Assembly (NCBI GenBank): GCA_973895155.1
Contig: OZ316891.1
Location: 7,743,808-7,807,807 of the forward strand
Direction: 5' to 3'
DNA length: 64,000 nt
DNA from: Marsupella aquatica
Taxonomy: Eukaryota; Plantae; Marchantiophyta
Shown: piece by piece, positions 1 to 12,784 of the stretch
Layout: each line of letters begins with the position of its first letter
Numbering within the stretch: position 1 is the first letter of the stretch
Notes under the pieces: model-generated
What the model was told of the DNA's origin: nothing
The model's input: only the letters and a program-made list of their open reading frames with translations
The model's database searches: none
Program-made: the position numbers and the translations under genes

Positions 1-22
1 AAGAGAAGTAAAACCGAGCTAC

Positions 23-120
23 TGCACTCCATGAGGTCTCAATGGGAGGGGCCCCTGTTTGATCTTTTGGGAATCGGAATCCACGGCCTCTGCCTTGCTG
101 TCTGCCGCACAGGACATCAT
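23..120 (-). CDS. Possible first coding exon of a gene running off the left edge (MMSCAADSKAEAVDSDSQKIKQGPLPLRPHGV...)
   Basis: GC-rich segment with ATG in good context (GCGGCC ATG) at 120 and a possible GT donor at 22-21. No recognisable family. Confidence 0.3.
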
Positions 121-481
121 GGCCGCCGCAGAGAAGGGGCGATTTATAGCCACTCCAACAGTGAAATCTCGAGACCTCCACTGCCCGTCTCTCCTCTGCT
201 CCGATCGAATGATCCAGAATTCCAGATGGCTTGCAGGGAACGAAATGCAAGTCAGCACAGTAACGAGGATGTGTGCGTGGGCATCCCACCCGTTCACCAC
301 CGCGGAGGCGATTCTGCCTCTGGACGAATGTCGCCCTCCCGGCGCACTGCGTCATCGATCTCCCCACAAGCCACCCAACTGACCCAAGCCTCAGTATCCA
401 ACAATTCGGATGGCTGGCATTCGAACGCACCCAAGCAATTCACTCGGGAACCACGATTCTATCATCGCACGACTGTATCGC

Positions 482-507
482 CTCTCTCTCTCTCTCTCTC
501 TCTCTCT
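482..507. repeat. (CT)n microsatellite
   Basis: Run of about 13 CT units seen directly. Confidence 0.95.
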
Positions 508-509
508 AG

Positions 510-985
510 TAGTTATTTTACTGGCCATTAAAATTTCAATTTTCACAAACTCTCTAACAGTACCTTAGTGGTCACTCGGTTATTTAAAATTTTCCCAGTC
601 TCTCTATAGTGGTAACTTGGTTAATGAGTTAAAAAGCAGCATGGCCTTAGAACGGGCAGCTATATCTGAAAGAGTTTTAAAAAATAGCATGGTCTTAAAA
701 CAGGCCAGCTATATCTGAATTGGGATAAGTTATTTTACTCGCCATTAAAATTTCAATTTTCACAATCTCTCTAACAGTACCTTAGTGGTCACTCTGTTAT
801 TTAAAATTTTCCCAGTCTCTCTATAGTGGTCACTTGGTTAATAAGTTAAAAAAATAGCATGGTCTTAGAACCGGCCAGCTATATATATGTGAATGGGGAT
901 AAGTTATTTTACTGGCCATTAAATTTTAAATTTTCACAATCTCTCTAAGAGTAGTTTAGTGTTCACTTGGTTATTAAAAATTTTA
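510..985. repeat. Tandem repeat of ~175-215 bp, about 2.5 copies, with further degenerate copies at ~1410-1870
   Basis: Unit starting AGTTATTTTACTGGCCATTAAAATTTCAATTTTCACAA..CTCTCTAACAGTACCTTAGTGGTCACT recurs at ~511, ~728 and ~902. Fragments recur at ~1412-1535 and ~1720-1830. Confidence 0.85.
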
Positions 986-2952
986 CGAATGTAGCTTGGT
1001 TGGCTACAGTAAAGACTGTTGGGATTTATTTGTTTGCATTTTTGAGTGCATTACTTTTCCATTCAACCTCCCTTCTTTTGAGGAGAGGATTATGGAAAAC
1101 ACCATATTCACAAGAAATGTGAAATCCAAATATAGTTTTACATATAAAACAAAATAGTAGATTGTATCAAAGATCATAAGATTTGTTTTTAATTCTTTCG
1201 TGTTTTTTGGCCAATTGCATAATAATCACTTTTTTTCATGGTCCTTTAATTTCAATTTTCTATTTTAAAGATTCACTTTTTCTAACCAAAACATCATTCA
1301 AGTTTTTACTTATATTTGTGTGATAGTTAAAGGCATTATATTTCACAATGCCCACTAACCAGGACATTATCCTATTCATATTGGTCACTTGGTATTCTGA
1401 AGGAGTAAAAGCTATTTTGCTAGCCAATGAAATTTTAATTTTCACAATCTCTCTAACAATACCTTAACTATTGGTCACTTGGTTATTTATAAGTTTTGGC
1501 AGTCTCTCAGCAGTATTGTAGTGGTAACTTGGTTCGCTATTCTGAACGGGCAAATTTTTAATTTTCACAGCCTCTCAACACTGCAGGGGTATCTTGGTGC
1601 AATTCTGAATGGTGAACTTTTTTTTTTTTTTGCTTCCAGGCTTTCCCTGGTGGCCATTCTAATTTCTCCAAGTCTCTCTATCATACTGGCTTAACTTGGT
1701 TTAGGATCCTGGATGGCAAAAAGTTATTTTTACTTGCTTCTTGACTTATGTGGGTGGCCATTAAAATTTTACCAGTCTCCCATAGTACATAAGGGGTAAC
1801 GTGGTTTGCGATTCTGAATAGTGAAAATTTATTTTTACTTGGTTAGAGACTTTTGCAGGCATCCATTAGAATTTTCTCAATCTGCTTTTCCCTAATTTCA
1901 ATTACACCCAAAGCATGTGTTTGTGTACTATTTCAACACAAAAATCCAGGGGCAATTTGTCCCATAAATACTATTTCAGGATGTGATATCTGCAATTTAG
2001 ATTCCTCACTAAATTGCTGTCATAGTTTTCCATACCGCTGATTTTGGAGGTCGAATTTTGGCGGTATTATTATTTGCTAGAACCAGATTCATTGATTCAG
2101 ACTACGGTTAAAGTGAGGCAGTTAACCGCCATCGAGCACTTTTCTCGTCTGTGTCAACGCGAGGCGATCGGAAAGATTGGACGGCCGAAAGGCTGTCCAC
2201 GTTGTCTCTGCGGGCCCACACATTTCTAATCTCCTTCCCGCGGCCGAAAAAGACACTAAACTGGCCCACCACTTGACCGAGGGTCTGATACTCTAAAATA
2301 TAATCATAATTATCTCCCTGCCCCCCGTAAATCCCGTAGGCATACGGTACGCCCCTTACTGGACGGTAGGAATATATTCTGCAACGTGATTAGCTCCAAG
2401 GTTCCTGGAAATGGACCTCGTACTCCTCTGATGTACCGTAGGGAATATCAAGCACTAACCTTGTTAGGATGTATCTGTGAAGAACATTCTAGGCAGTTGG
2501 ATCTGGAAATACCGATGTATCAGTGCATACATTGGTTTTCAAAGTAAAAATTAAAATTTAGGTACTACAGTCACGCTCTTCACCATAATTTGAAACGTAA
2601 AAGCGTTTAGTAACAGGCAGCCGCCACTTTCCCAAGCAGAACTGGGGGATCTACTGTAGTGAGCCAAACTTAGATTAATAATTAATAATATCCTTAAGAA
2701 AATTTTAAAAGTGCCCTAGTTTGTCTTTCCTAAAACCCATGGGCATGGGAACTGTTAGAGAGTTTGTTTTAATGTTTTGTCTCCAACACATGATGTCTCG
2801 GATGACAGGGGTTGACTAGATAGTGTCCACAAAATATCCCACGAAATATCCCAGGAAGGAACACCAGTCCCAACCGCTATCCACCAGGTTTGGGGGGTAA
2901 CAAATATTCTCTTAAAAATATTAGGGACTAAATTTGCTTAAGTGAAAATATG

Positions 2953-3112
2953 GAAGAGATTTGTTTGGTGGGACCCCAAATGGAAATGTTTTACTTGATA
3001 GGACCCTTGAAAGTTTGGGTCTGTCTATTCAAGGTAAATAAACGGTGTGGATTACTCAGGGATCCTATCAAGTAAAACATTTCCATTTGGGGTCCCACCA
3101 AGCAAATCCCTC
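2953..3112. mobile_element. Mutator-like MITE (160 bp, ~57-bp TIRs, 9-bp TSD)
   Basis: GATTTGTTTGGTGGGACCCCAAATGGAAATGTTTTACTTGATAGGACCCTTGA is nearly the reverse complement of 3056-3108. Flanks GAAAATATG (2944-2952) and GAAAATATA (3113-3121) match 8/9. Confidence 0.8.
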
Positions 3113-3764
3113 GAAAATATAGTTACTTATATAACTAGAGTTTATAAATGAAACAGTAACTTATGTGAAGAGGGTCAACGACCCAAAGACCTCCTTGACA
3201 GCCATAAGATGCTCGAGCGTAATGCAAAACATATGTATATCGTCAAAAAATACAGCGACTGATTAATTGAATGAACAATAAATCAATGCCTACAGTAGCG
3301 TTCATACGTGTCAGCAGGCCCTCAAAATGGAAATCAGAACCCTAGACCTTAATTGTTTAACGGTACTTTAGTACTACTGTAGAATGATACTATCGGACTG
3401 CCTTGCCTCAGACGTGGAACATTGCTGTGAACCGCGGTCCGGAGGGGGCCATGCATGCAGTCGGGGCAGACGAGCATCTAAAATCTAACCTGAGGTGAAG
3501 CCGTAGGCTTATCTTGGAGCGGAGGGACAGGTGGCCGCCCCTCTGTGGCCAGGCCCTCACTTCCGAACGAATGTTTGCCGAATGGGACTTCTGGGAGTCC
3601 TCCGGCTGCCAATCCTCTTGTCCTGTGTCTCCTGATTGATGATGATGTGCCTCATCGCCTCCCCAGGTATATTATCATCAGCTTTTTTAGTGGCGAAAAT
3701 TCGCCAAAATGCCACTTTTCGTTGAAAAGTCTTCTCCCTAGTCCCTAGTCCCTAGTCCATACTG

Positions 3765-3950
3765 TAGATTTAATAATAACATGTGATCATTCGATCTCCA
3801 ATCTAGGATACCAGCAGAGTCTGGCTCATCGGTTCGTCTCCATATCTCTAGATTTAATATATGAGAATTGGATCTCCAATCTAGGATAATAACCAGCAGA
3901 TGCTTCTGGGTAATGGGTTCTAATGTCACCGCCTTTCACTAGATTAATAT
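3765..3950. repeat. Degenerate ~80-90-bp tandem repeat, 2-3 copies
   Basis: TAGATTTAAT...GATCTCCAATCTAGGATA..CCAGCAGA occurs twice, plus a partial third copy. Confidence 0.7.
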
Positions 3951-5539
3951 CTAACCTTTAATTCTCCTCAGATTTAAAATATGACATCTGATTCTAGCTA
4001 ATGGGGTCTGTGACTAGCTGGAAAGTGTCTGGTCCTAGACGAAAAGTCGGGCCATTTTTTTTAGATCTAGAATACTCTTAGCATCTTCTTTACCACACCA
4101 GTGGCCATTAGCTACCTTGGCAAAAAATAAGAAACAGTAACATTACATTTGCATGCCATATTATAAGAGCATTTGCATCTGTTGCGGGGAATACCTACCC
4201 AGGAATGACTCTCCTTGGGAAACTAGTTTTGTAATCCCCATCAAAGCCTGCAAAATTTAAACCCTGAGCCTGGTCTGAAGTCGAAGGCAAATGTGACGGT
4301 TGTCCCCCCACCCTTGCCAAACACTGGGAACTGCAAAAATCAACCTGGAGTGAGAAAACTGGATGACAGTGATGCAAATGAATTGACAGAAGAATAGTGG
4401 TACATTGCATGTTGTGCATCGGCCAGGGGTGCTGACCTAGTGCAGTCTGCTGACCAGCTGGTCTGTCATTCAACTTGCTACTTGCACATTAGTTTATGAA
4501 CTTGTGAATTGCACAACTGGTGGGAATGCTCTAAACTCTCCATGTATTTGCTTACTTCTAACTTCTGTTGACAGTAAGTCAGAACTCGGAATGCTATGGT
4601 CAGCCTGCTTGTGAGTTATGAGTTTTGTGGCACCCTCTAACCAATCCACAATAGTTTGGTTAGGAGACGTAAGTGAAAATTTTACTAGACAAAAATCCAT
4701 GGAATCTTCAAGGATACAGCCCAGCTCCGTAACCCCCTCAGGCCATGCCAAGCCTTACACGCATTTCAAGAGCAAACTGCTGTAAAGTATTTTATCCTGG
4801 CTTTCTCCCTTTTGTTAAAGTATCTCAAAGCTGGTGAAAGAAAAAAAACAAATAAAAACTTTTACATAATAAACCTATCCGTATACTAGTGCAACTTCGA
4901 ACCAAAACTTGCACGAAACTTTGTGAGGTGCACTAGCCTTAAATGCATGACCTCTTTACATATGTGTTTGAGCCATAGGGCAAAGTTTCAACCATAGTTA
5001 TAATTTTCAACCACATACGATAACCATGTAATCACTATTGAAGGGCACTTGTCAAAACACTGTGCACAGAAGCTCCAAGTTATAGAATCTTTTGCTCATC
5101 GTTCTTTTGACAGAAATTGACCTTCAAATCAATCTCCGCAAGCAGGAGAGACTCTTGTTGCAACAGGATGGGTTCGGAGGATAGTTTGTTGACTGATGAA
5201 GAGTGTGAATGGCAAATGCGATGATGCTGGCAATTCAGTCAGAAGTGCAGTGACTAGCTCGCAGCAGGTGTTGGAGCACCAACCATGTGAGCTTGAAAGA
5301 ATGCTCGCTGCTCTCTTGATTTTCTGAGCTCCACTCACTTACTCTAATCTTAGGAGAGCTCCATTCAAAATCTCGTTGTTTGCAGCTTCTGTTTGACATG
5401 AGAAATTCAGGTTCTCTAGGCTCTATTCTTTGGTGAATTGCGTTGCACAGCAGCACATAGACAAAATGGGAATGCAAGGAACGGAAGGAATCCTGACTCA
5501 AGAGCGTCGTCATTTGTAGTGAGGGAGGCAAAATATGTT

Positions 5540-5640
5540 CAATCAGTTCACTGTCGCAGACAACTTGCTGAATTTCTGAAATCAATCCACTGCCCCAGAC
5601 AACTTGCTGAATGTCAAAAATCAATTCACTGCTGCACAGG
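5540..5640. repeat. ~39-bp tandem repeat, about 2.5 copies
   Basis: AATCAxTxCACTGxxxCAGACAACTTGCTGAAT is repeated. Confidence 0.75.
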
Positions 5641-5966
5641 GATTGAGTGAGAGCTAGGGTGAAGAGAGACCTAGCACACAGCCACGCAGCTTAACTCATG
5701 GTTTGACTTCAGTCAGTTAACTGAGATCCAATTTAGAAAAACTATCAAAACTTTGAAAGGACCGATTCAGGTCGTCAGAAACTTTCGCTTAATTTTTGTG
5801 CAGCTTTGATCACTCGAAAAACTTTAGAGCCCAATCTTTTGTCTCATGCATTACTTGAACGCGAAGTTGTATGGGTCATCCCTAGTTAACCTAGTTTACG
5901 GATAGGTTTAATGTTGTGAAAAAGTTATGACGTTTTGTATTATGGTTTGAATGTAATCATCCGTAA

Positions 5967-6105
5967 TTTCTGGGCTTTGAAACACACTATTAGTCACCTG
6001 CCTCACCCAGTTTGTTGCTGTTTGTTTTCTGGGCTTTGAAGCACACTAGTAGTCACCTGCCTCTCCCAGTAGTCAGCTGCCTCTCCCAGTTTGTTGCTGT
6101 TTGTT
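5967..6105. repeat. ~59-bp tandem repeat with a nested 20-bp duplication
   Basis: TTTCTGGGCTTTGAAxCACACTAxTAGTCACCTGCCTCxCCCAGT occurs twice, with an extra AGTCAGCTGCCTCTCCCAGT. Confidence 0.8.
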
Positions 6106-7072
6106 CACTGACAATGTGACACATTTAAGATTCAATGACAAGTAATCAAGTGGTTATTTTTTATATTTTTGGATATTTCTATGAGAGGTAGAGTCTATAT
6201 AAAATTCAAGTGCAAGTAAGAAGTGAATGTTTTTGAGTATTTTGGGATATCTAGGATATATTATAAGAGCTAGATTATATACAGGATATTCACCAAGTAA
6301 AAGGTCTATATTTGAAGTATTTGCGGATATTTTTATGAGAGCTACACTGGATATTTCAAATATATTTGGACATTTTGGATATTTTATGAGAGCTATTGGT
6401 TTGATTGCTGTAAGATTTGAGAATCTGAATCTTACCTTGGATTTGTAGAAACGTGCATTTGACTTAGGATGACAAGATTCTTAAGCTTGCGTGGAATTTG
6501 TGAAAACAGGTATTTTTAGGTGAGAGGTTTCCTAAGCTTGCACTTGCATGAGATTTCTAACATTACCTTAACTTTCCAGAAATCTAATTAGGATACAGGC
6601 TTTCCTAAGCTTGCATGGGATTTTGTGGAATGTGCATGGATTATATAGATTTACAATATACTGAAACTTTACTTAGATGAAGTGTTTTGGATAGACAAAA
6701 TGTAGGTTATCTGCTGTCACAAATGATAACCAAGTTCAAACGTATAGAGATCCCATTCAAGCTTTGACTCAAAGGCCAACAGACAAAATAGTGTTGTCAA
6801 CATATTAAAAGTCGCCCCAAAGTGAGCAAACAACATGCTAGCAAGACTCGTCTGAAAGTTGACATAGTGGCATTTTGAGTCCACATCAACCCACATTATC
6901 AAACAAACTCACCTTAGCAGTCAAATACCTCATTATACAACTAATATAGATGAAGCCTGGGATGAAGCACATGCCATGATCGACCAAGCTAATCAGAAGT
7001 CAAGACTCCTCCTTGGTGTTCTATGTATAATACTAGACTAATAAATAAAAGACCAAGGAGGAGCCTCAACTT

Positions 7073-10000
7073 TGTTAGACTCTACCTCCTCCCATTGACT
7101 GGACGACCGGACCAGTCGGTCATCCAACACCACTATATGTATAAACATTCCAGACTATACAGAGATCATTGCATTCTGATCATCATTCACACATTATCAG
7201 CACGAGAGCTCAACAAGCGGAGCAAGGAAGAAAGAAAAGAAGACTATGGAAGATTGACAAATGTTTTTTAATGTAGAATGTAGAATGTAGGATAAAGCGT
7301 GATTGGCGAAGGAGAAAGGTAGACTCATTTTGGGGAAAAGTGAATCAATACTTTCCCACCCTCCCTCAACGAAGACAAGACAGCAGCAAAACAAGAAGGC
7401 CATGAACTTTTCTTTCGAAGGGCTATGGAGATCGAAAATTGATAAGAACAAAATTAGAAGAAAATTGAATGCTACGAGACCCACTCAGTAGGACACCACG
7501 AAGGCAAACAAAAACTGATAAGGACATAGTGGATCTTCAGTAAATTCTAGGGAAGAATTGATGAGAAAAGAACTCGCATTCATAAGGCGATACATGAGGG
7601 ATGCAAAGAAAAGGATCGATAAGAAAGCAGATTGAATCAGTAACTCTCGGTTCATGAATTCAGAACCCTCCAATTCACAAGATGGCTGACAATCACTCAA
7701 TTAAGTTCAGAACAATGGAGCGCGAGAGAATTACTGAGGCAACAGGGAATGACGAATGAGGATCGATTGAAGAAATCGATCGGGACTGAGAGCAATTAAG
7801 ATTAAAGGAGATTGATAAGGAAGTAATTGAGACCCAGGGAATACATGTGACTCAGCTGATCAGGCTGCGCAAAAAGTAGAGAAGTGGATGCTCGTTTCAA
7901 TTCAATTAGACCTCTCTTGAAATTCTAAATGAATTAGTAACCAACTCGAGAAGTGTACACTGCCAATTTGAATGACAGCCGATGGAGTAAAAGACAGGTG
8001 AGACCGACAGTAGGCAAGTCCATAAGCGAGCAAGCAGTAGAGGTGGCTACGCACCCCAACTCGGACCATCGACAAGAAGAAGGACCATGCAGTAGACTAA
8101 CTTCAAGAAGGAAGAAAGAAGTGCCCGAGAACGCCATCGAAGGAGGAAGAGAGGGCAAAGCAAGGAAGGGCGAGAAGAACCAAGCAATCGGCCATAGCCA
8201 AGACATTGAACGAGATCGTGAAGGCAAACCAGATCAAGAGGGGTACCATAGCCTCACGAGATAAATTACCTAATCACCAATCCATCCCTTAGCGCAACTC
8301 ATTTCCAATGGAACTCGAAATAACAAAGGAAGAAGAGCACTCAAACACATAACTGCAACCCTAAGTGCACAACTGGATAACTGCACCAAAAATACAAAGG
8401 AATCCTAAAATATAAAGAAGAGCATGCAGTTATACATTTACAAAGAAAACCAACTTACTAAGTGCAAACCCTAAATTCTGCAAAAACCCAATCATTCTTG
8501 CTCTACTCGCCAATGACTTAGATTGCCCTCCTCAACCCTTTTTCCACCATTGCATGCGGCAAATGTGCATTGTCTTTTGACTATATTTATTATATAAACA
8601 CGCACACCACCGCTGAACGCTAGGACCCTTAGAGTGGCCAACCTTGAGAAACTAACCTTTCCAGCCCTAGAAATTGATGGTGGCAACTACCTAGAATGGT
8701 CCATGAACCTCAAAGAGAACCTAACCTCACTAACCCTACTCCCCACTATAGGGCTCGCTCAACCCATATTAGCCGGCGAACCCCAACCAGACCCGTTAAC
8801 CAAAGCCAATGAATCCAAGGCCCTAGTCTTTCTTAGACGCCACATCCATAGGTTCTTGCAAAGACAATACATGCATGATCTCTCAACCCCTCGCAAACTA
8901 TGGACAGCGCTTCAAACCCAATTCGACCACCAAAAATTGGTCGAACTACCTAGAGCCAGGCAAGAATGGCTAAACCTACGGGTCCAGGATTTTACATCCA
9001 TTTCAACCTACAATAGTGAGCTATTCAGAATTACTTCAACCCTTGCACTCTGCGGTGAGCCAATTGCCGACAAGGACTTGCTAGAAAAGACCTTATCCAC
9101 GTTTCACTCTTCGAACGTGTTACTATCAACTCAGTACCGGAACATGAAGTTCGGGCAATACTCCGAGCTCATCGCCCACATTCTAGTCATAGAAAGAAAC
9201 CAAGAGCTTCTTTTAGTTAACTCTAGAAAATGCCCTGCGGGCACACTGCCCTGAGGATCACAGAGTGAAACCCATAATATAGAAAATGTTAAACCCTCCA
9301 CATCAAGCCAGGGCATTAAGCGCCCTAGAAATGGCAACCGGAGAAACAACCCCAACAGGGGGAGTTTCTTTAACCAACGTCCACAACACAATTTCAGATG
9401 GCCCTTTAGAGGACGTGGAGGACGTGATGGACGCGGCGGTGGAAGAACATATAACAACAACTGCATAAATGATTGGTCACAATCCTAACAACAACGGGAA
9501 CGCCCGAAATGCCATGACAAACCACCTAGCGAGAAATTGTAGAATCCCGCAACACCTTAGAGAACTATACCAACGGTCCCTCAAGGATGGACAAACCTCT
9601 AGGGCACCACCCCGTGAAACTCGCGGGGTGTTTATGGAGTCTAGCGACCCATTTCAAGACTTTTCAGATCCACCTGTCCAACCCGAGGCACATTTAGTGG
9701 CGAGTAGCTCCACAACCCCATACCTAAATAGTACTAGCACATGCATTATTGACAGTGCGACTACGCATACTGTCCTCCGAGATAGACACCTTTTCCACAA
9801 GATCACACCTTCACGTAGATCACTGACCACTATCAATGGCCCTAGCCAAATAGAAAAGGGCTTCGGCCCAGCTTCTATTAGACTCCCATAGGGTACAAAA
9901 ATCCACATAGAATCTGTTATTTTTGCCCCAAATGCAACCTATAATCTCCTCAGTTTTAGAGATATACGAGCAAATGGACTCCACGTCCAGACAGGCAATA

Positions 10001-12784
10001 CAAGAGACCAAGAAGTAATCCACTTGGTTGAAAATACCCCTACGGGGAAAATCATTAAAGAAACCATTTTCTCATACCCATGCGGGTTTTATGTAACTCA
10101 TATTGAATGCCTGCATAATAATGCACAATCAAGCGAATTGCTCGCGCTTTGGCATGCACGCCTCGGCCACCCCGGCCAATCCATGCTAAGAAAAATCATT
10201 AAGAATTCAAGAGGCATTCCAACCAATATACGCCACATTCCAACTAGCATCCCATGCACTGCATGCTCACGCGGAAAATTAATAACAAGGCCCACGGCAT
10301 CAAAATTGTCAACCAAGATACCAAAATTCTTGGAAATCATACATGCGGACGTTTGCGGGCCAATTAACCCATCGAGCGGACCTTTCCGCTACTTTATGGT
10401 ATTAATTGACGCATCAACTAAATGGTCAAATGTGACCCTGCTTTCAACAAGGAACATGGTTATGCCTCGCATCTTGGCGTAAATATTGCGCGTGAAGGCA
10501 CAATTCCCAGATCACCCCATTACGACACTAAGGGTGGACAACGCAGGGGAATTCACATCTGAAACATTTGACGACTTTTGTACATCACTTGGTATCGACG
10601 TACAATATCCTGTACCCCACGTGCATTTCCAGAATGGATTAGCTGAAGCCGTCATTAAACGCCTTCAGCTAATTGCACGCCCGCTACTAATGCAGTCAAA
10701 ACTCCACGTCTCAGCATGGGGACATGCCATATTACAGGCTAATGCATTAATTCAATACCACCCATCAGCTTTTAATACCTATAGCCCATACCAAATTGTT
10801 AACGGTATCAAACCCGATCTATCCCATCTTCGTTCATTTGGATGTCAAGTAATGGTCCCCATTACTCCACCCAAATGAACCAAGATGGGACCCAACGATA
10901 GTTGGGAATATATATCGGATTTGACTCACCATCCATCATCAGATATATGGAACCTACAACGGGCGACGTTTTTAAAGCTAGATTTCTAGATTGCCATTTT
11001 GATGAGCATATTTACCCACCATTAATAACCCCTGCACACCCACAACCACCTTTGGAGTGGGAAAGACATTCGCCATTTTGGCAAGACCTTAGAACCAATC
11101 AAGGGGAGAAAGAAGTTCAACGAATTTTGTAACTCCACAAGATTGTGGAAGAACTTCCCGATGCTTTTGTCAATACATCACAAGTTAGCCGCTCACCCCT
11201 GTGTCAACCGTACGGAATACTCGCCGTGGACTAGCTATCCGTGTATTGAAGGCATTATATGGCCTGAAACAAAGTGGCAGAGTATGGTATCAAAGATTGA
11301 CTGATGAAATGATTGCCATGGGTTTTTCCCATGATGCAATTACCCCATGTTTATTTATTAAACGTATGGATGACGACTATGTCATCGTTTCTATTTATGT
11401 TGATGACTTAAACATATTTGGGACACCCCAAATTACAGAAGATACTATTACTTGTCTTAAATCAACATTTGAGATGAAAGACCTTGGACATACAAAATTT
11501 TGCTTAGGCTTACAACTGGAGATCTTACCTACTGGCATGATGCTCCATCAAACAACACAAACCGAAAAGATCCTAAAACAGTTCAATATGAACCTAGCAC
11601 ACCCATTGACGTCACCAATGGTAGTACGTTCATTAGAAAACAATACTGACATTTTTTGCAAGCGCGAAGAACATGAACCAATATTAGGACCAGAAACTCC
11701 ATATCTTTCTACGATAGGAGCATTAATGTATTTAACAAATCAGACCCGACCAGACATTGCATTTGCAGTTAACTTACTAGCTAGACACATCGCAACTCCC
11801 ACAGCCAGACACTGGAACGGAGTTAAGCACGTATTTAGGTACCTGCGTGGCACCACTGATACAGGGTTATTTTACCCATTTGGTGCAAACCACGAACTCA
11901 TAGGATATGCGGACGCCGGATATCTTTCCGACACTGACACCGCAAAATCCCAAACCGAATATGTTTTTACTGTAGGGGGTACCGCTTTTTCTTGGAAAAG
12001 CGTGAAACAGACCCTAACAGCAACCTCATCGAATCACTCAGAGATCTTAGCTCTACATGAGGCTAGTCGTGAGCTAACGAAGCCTACTAACATTTTTGAG
12101 GATAACGCAGCATGTATACAGCAGATCACGAAAGGATTCATCAAAGGCGATCGCGTGAAGCATATAGCTTCGAAGTTCTTCTACACCCACAAGTTACATA
12201 GAACAGAGATAAACATTTTACAAATTTCAAGTGCAAACAACTGTGCGGATCTCTTCACCAAATCACTATCGCCAGCCATTCATCACCGACACTGATTGGA
12301 CTGCGGAGCGTACAACGCATGATGACCGTGGAAACTGCTACTCCACATGACGATTGATGCTACTGACAACATGATGCTGACAACCTACTGTTGCGACAAA
12401 TGTTAAAGCTAGATTTACTATAACATCTAACTTTATTTAATATTGACATTTATTACGACGAGGACTGTTAGGCTGCACTCTTTTTCCTTTAGCACTCATA
12501 TTTTTTCTCTGCTACACTGGTAGAGTTTTTATTTAGCTAGAGTTGATAAAGGTTTTTTAACGAGGCAGTCTACCTCGCTTGTACTTATATCATGTATTTC
12601 CTATGAACATGATATAATAGGTATAGTCTATGTTGTCTATATAGTTGTCACTATATATACAAAGGGGAGTGTTAGACTCTACCTCCTCCCATTGACCGGA
12701 CGACCGGACCAGTCGGTCATCCGACACCACTATATGTATAAACATTCCAGACTATACAGAGGTCATTGCATTCTTATCATCACA
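7073..12784 (+). mobile_element. Ty1/copia LTR retrotransposon, Bianca lineage, full-length but non-functional
   Basis: 5' LTR 7073-7193 and 3' LTR 12670-12784 (TG...CA; 4 substitutions and a 6-bp indel). TSD AACTT at 7068-7072 and 12785-12789; PPT AAAGGGGAG before the 3' LTR; PBS TTATCAGCACGAGAGC. Domain order is gag-PR-INT-RT-RH. The gag N-terminus (ANLEKLTFPALEIDGGNYLEW) is Bianca-like. Confidence 0.93.
8634..12295 (+). pseudogene. Disrupted gag-pol polyprotein of the copia element
   Basis: Gag 8634-9254; protease CIIDSATTHT; GAG-pre-integrase LWHARLGHPG...CTAC; integrase IHADVCGP, LRVDNAGEF, QNGLAE; RT LKALYGLKQSGRVWY, YVDD; RNase H GYADAGY, EDNAACI, ADLFTKSL. Multiple stops (9254, 9891, 10482, 10878, 11132, 12295). 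The N-terminal part of RT is missing at ~11200. Confidence 0.92.

Noticed and set aside
3400-3670. GC-rich exon-like segment on the minus strand
   Set aside because: One open frame with a possible donor, but no family match or partner exons.
9131-10340. Minus-strand ORFs inside the copia element
   Set aside because: Antisense shadows of gag-pol.
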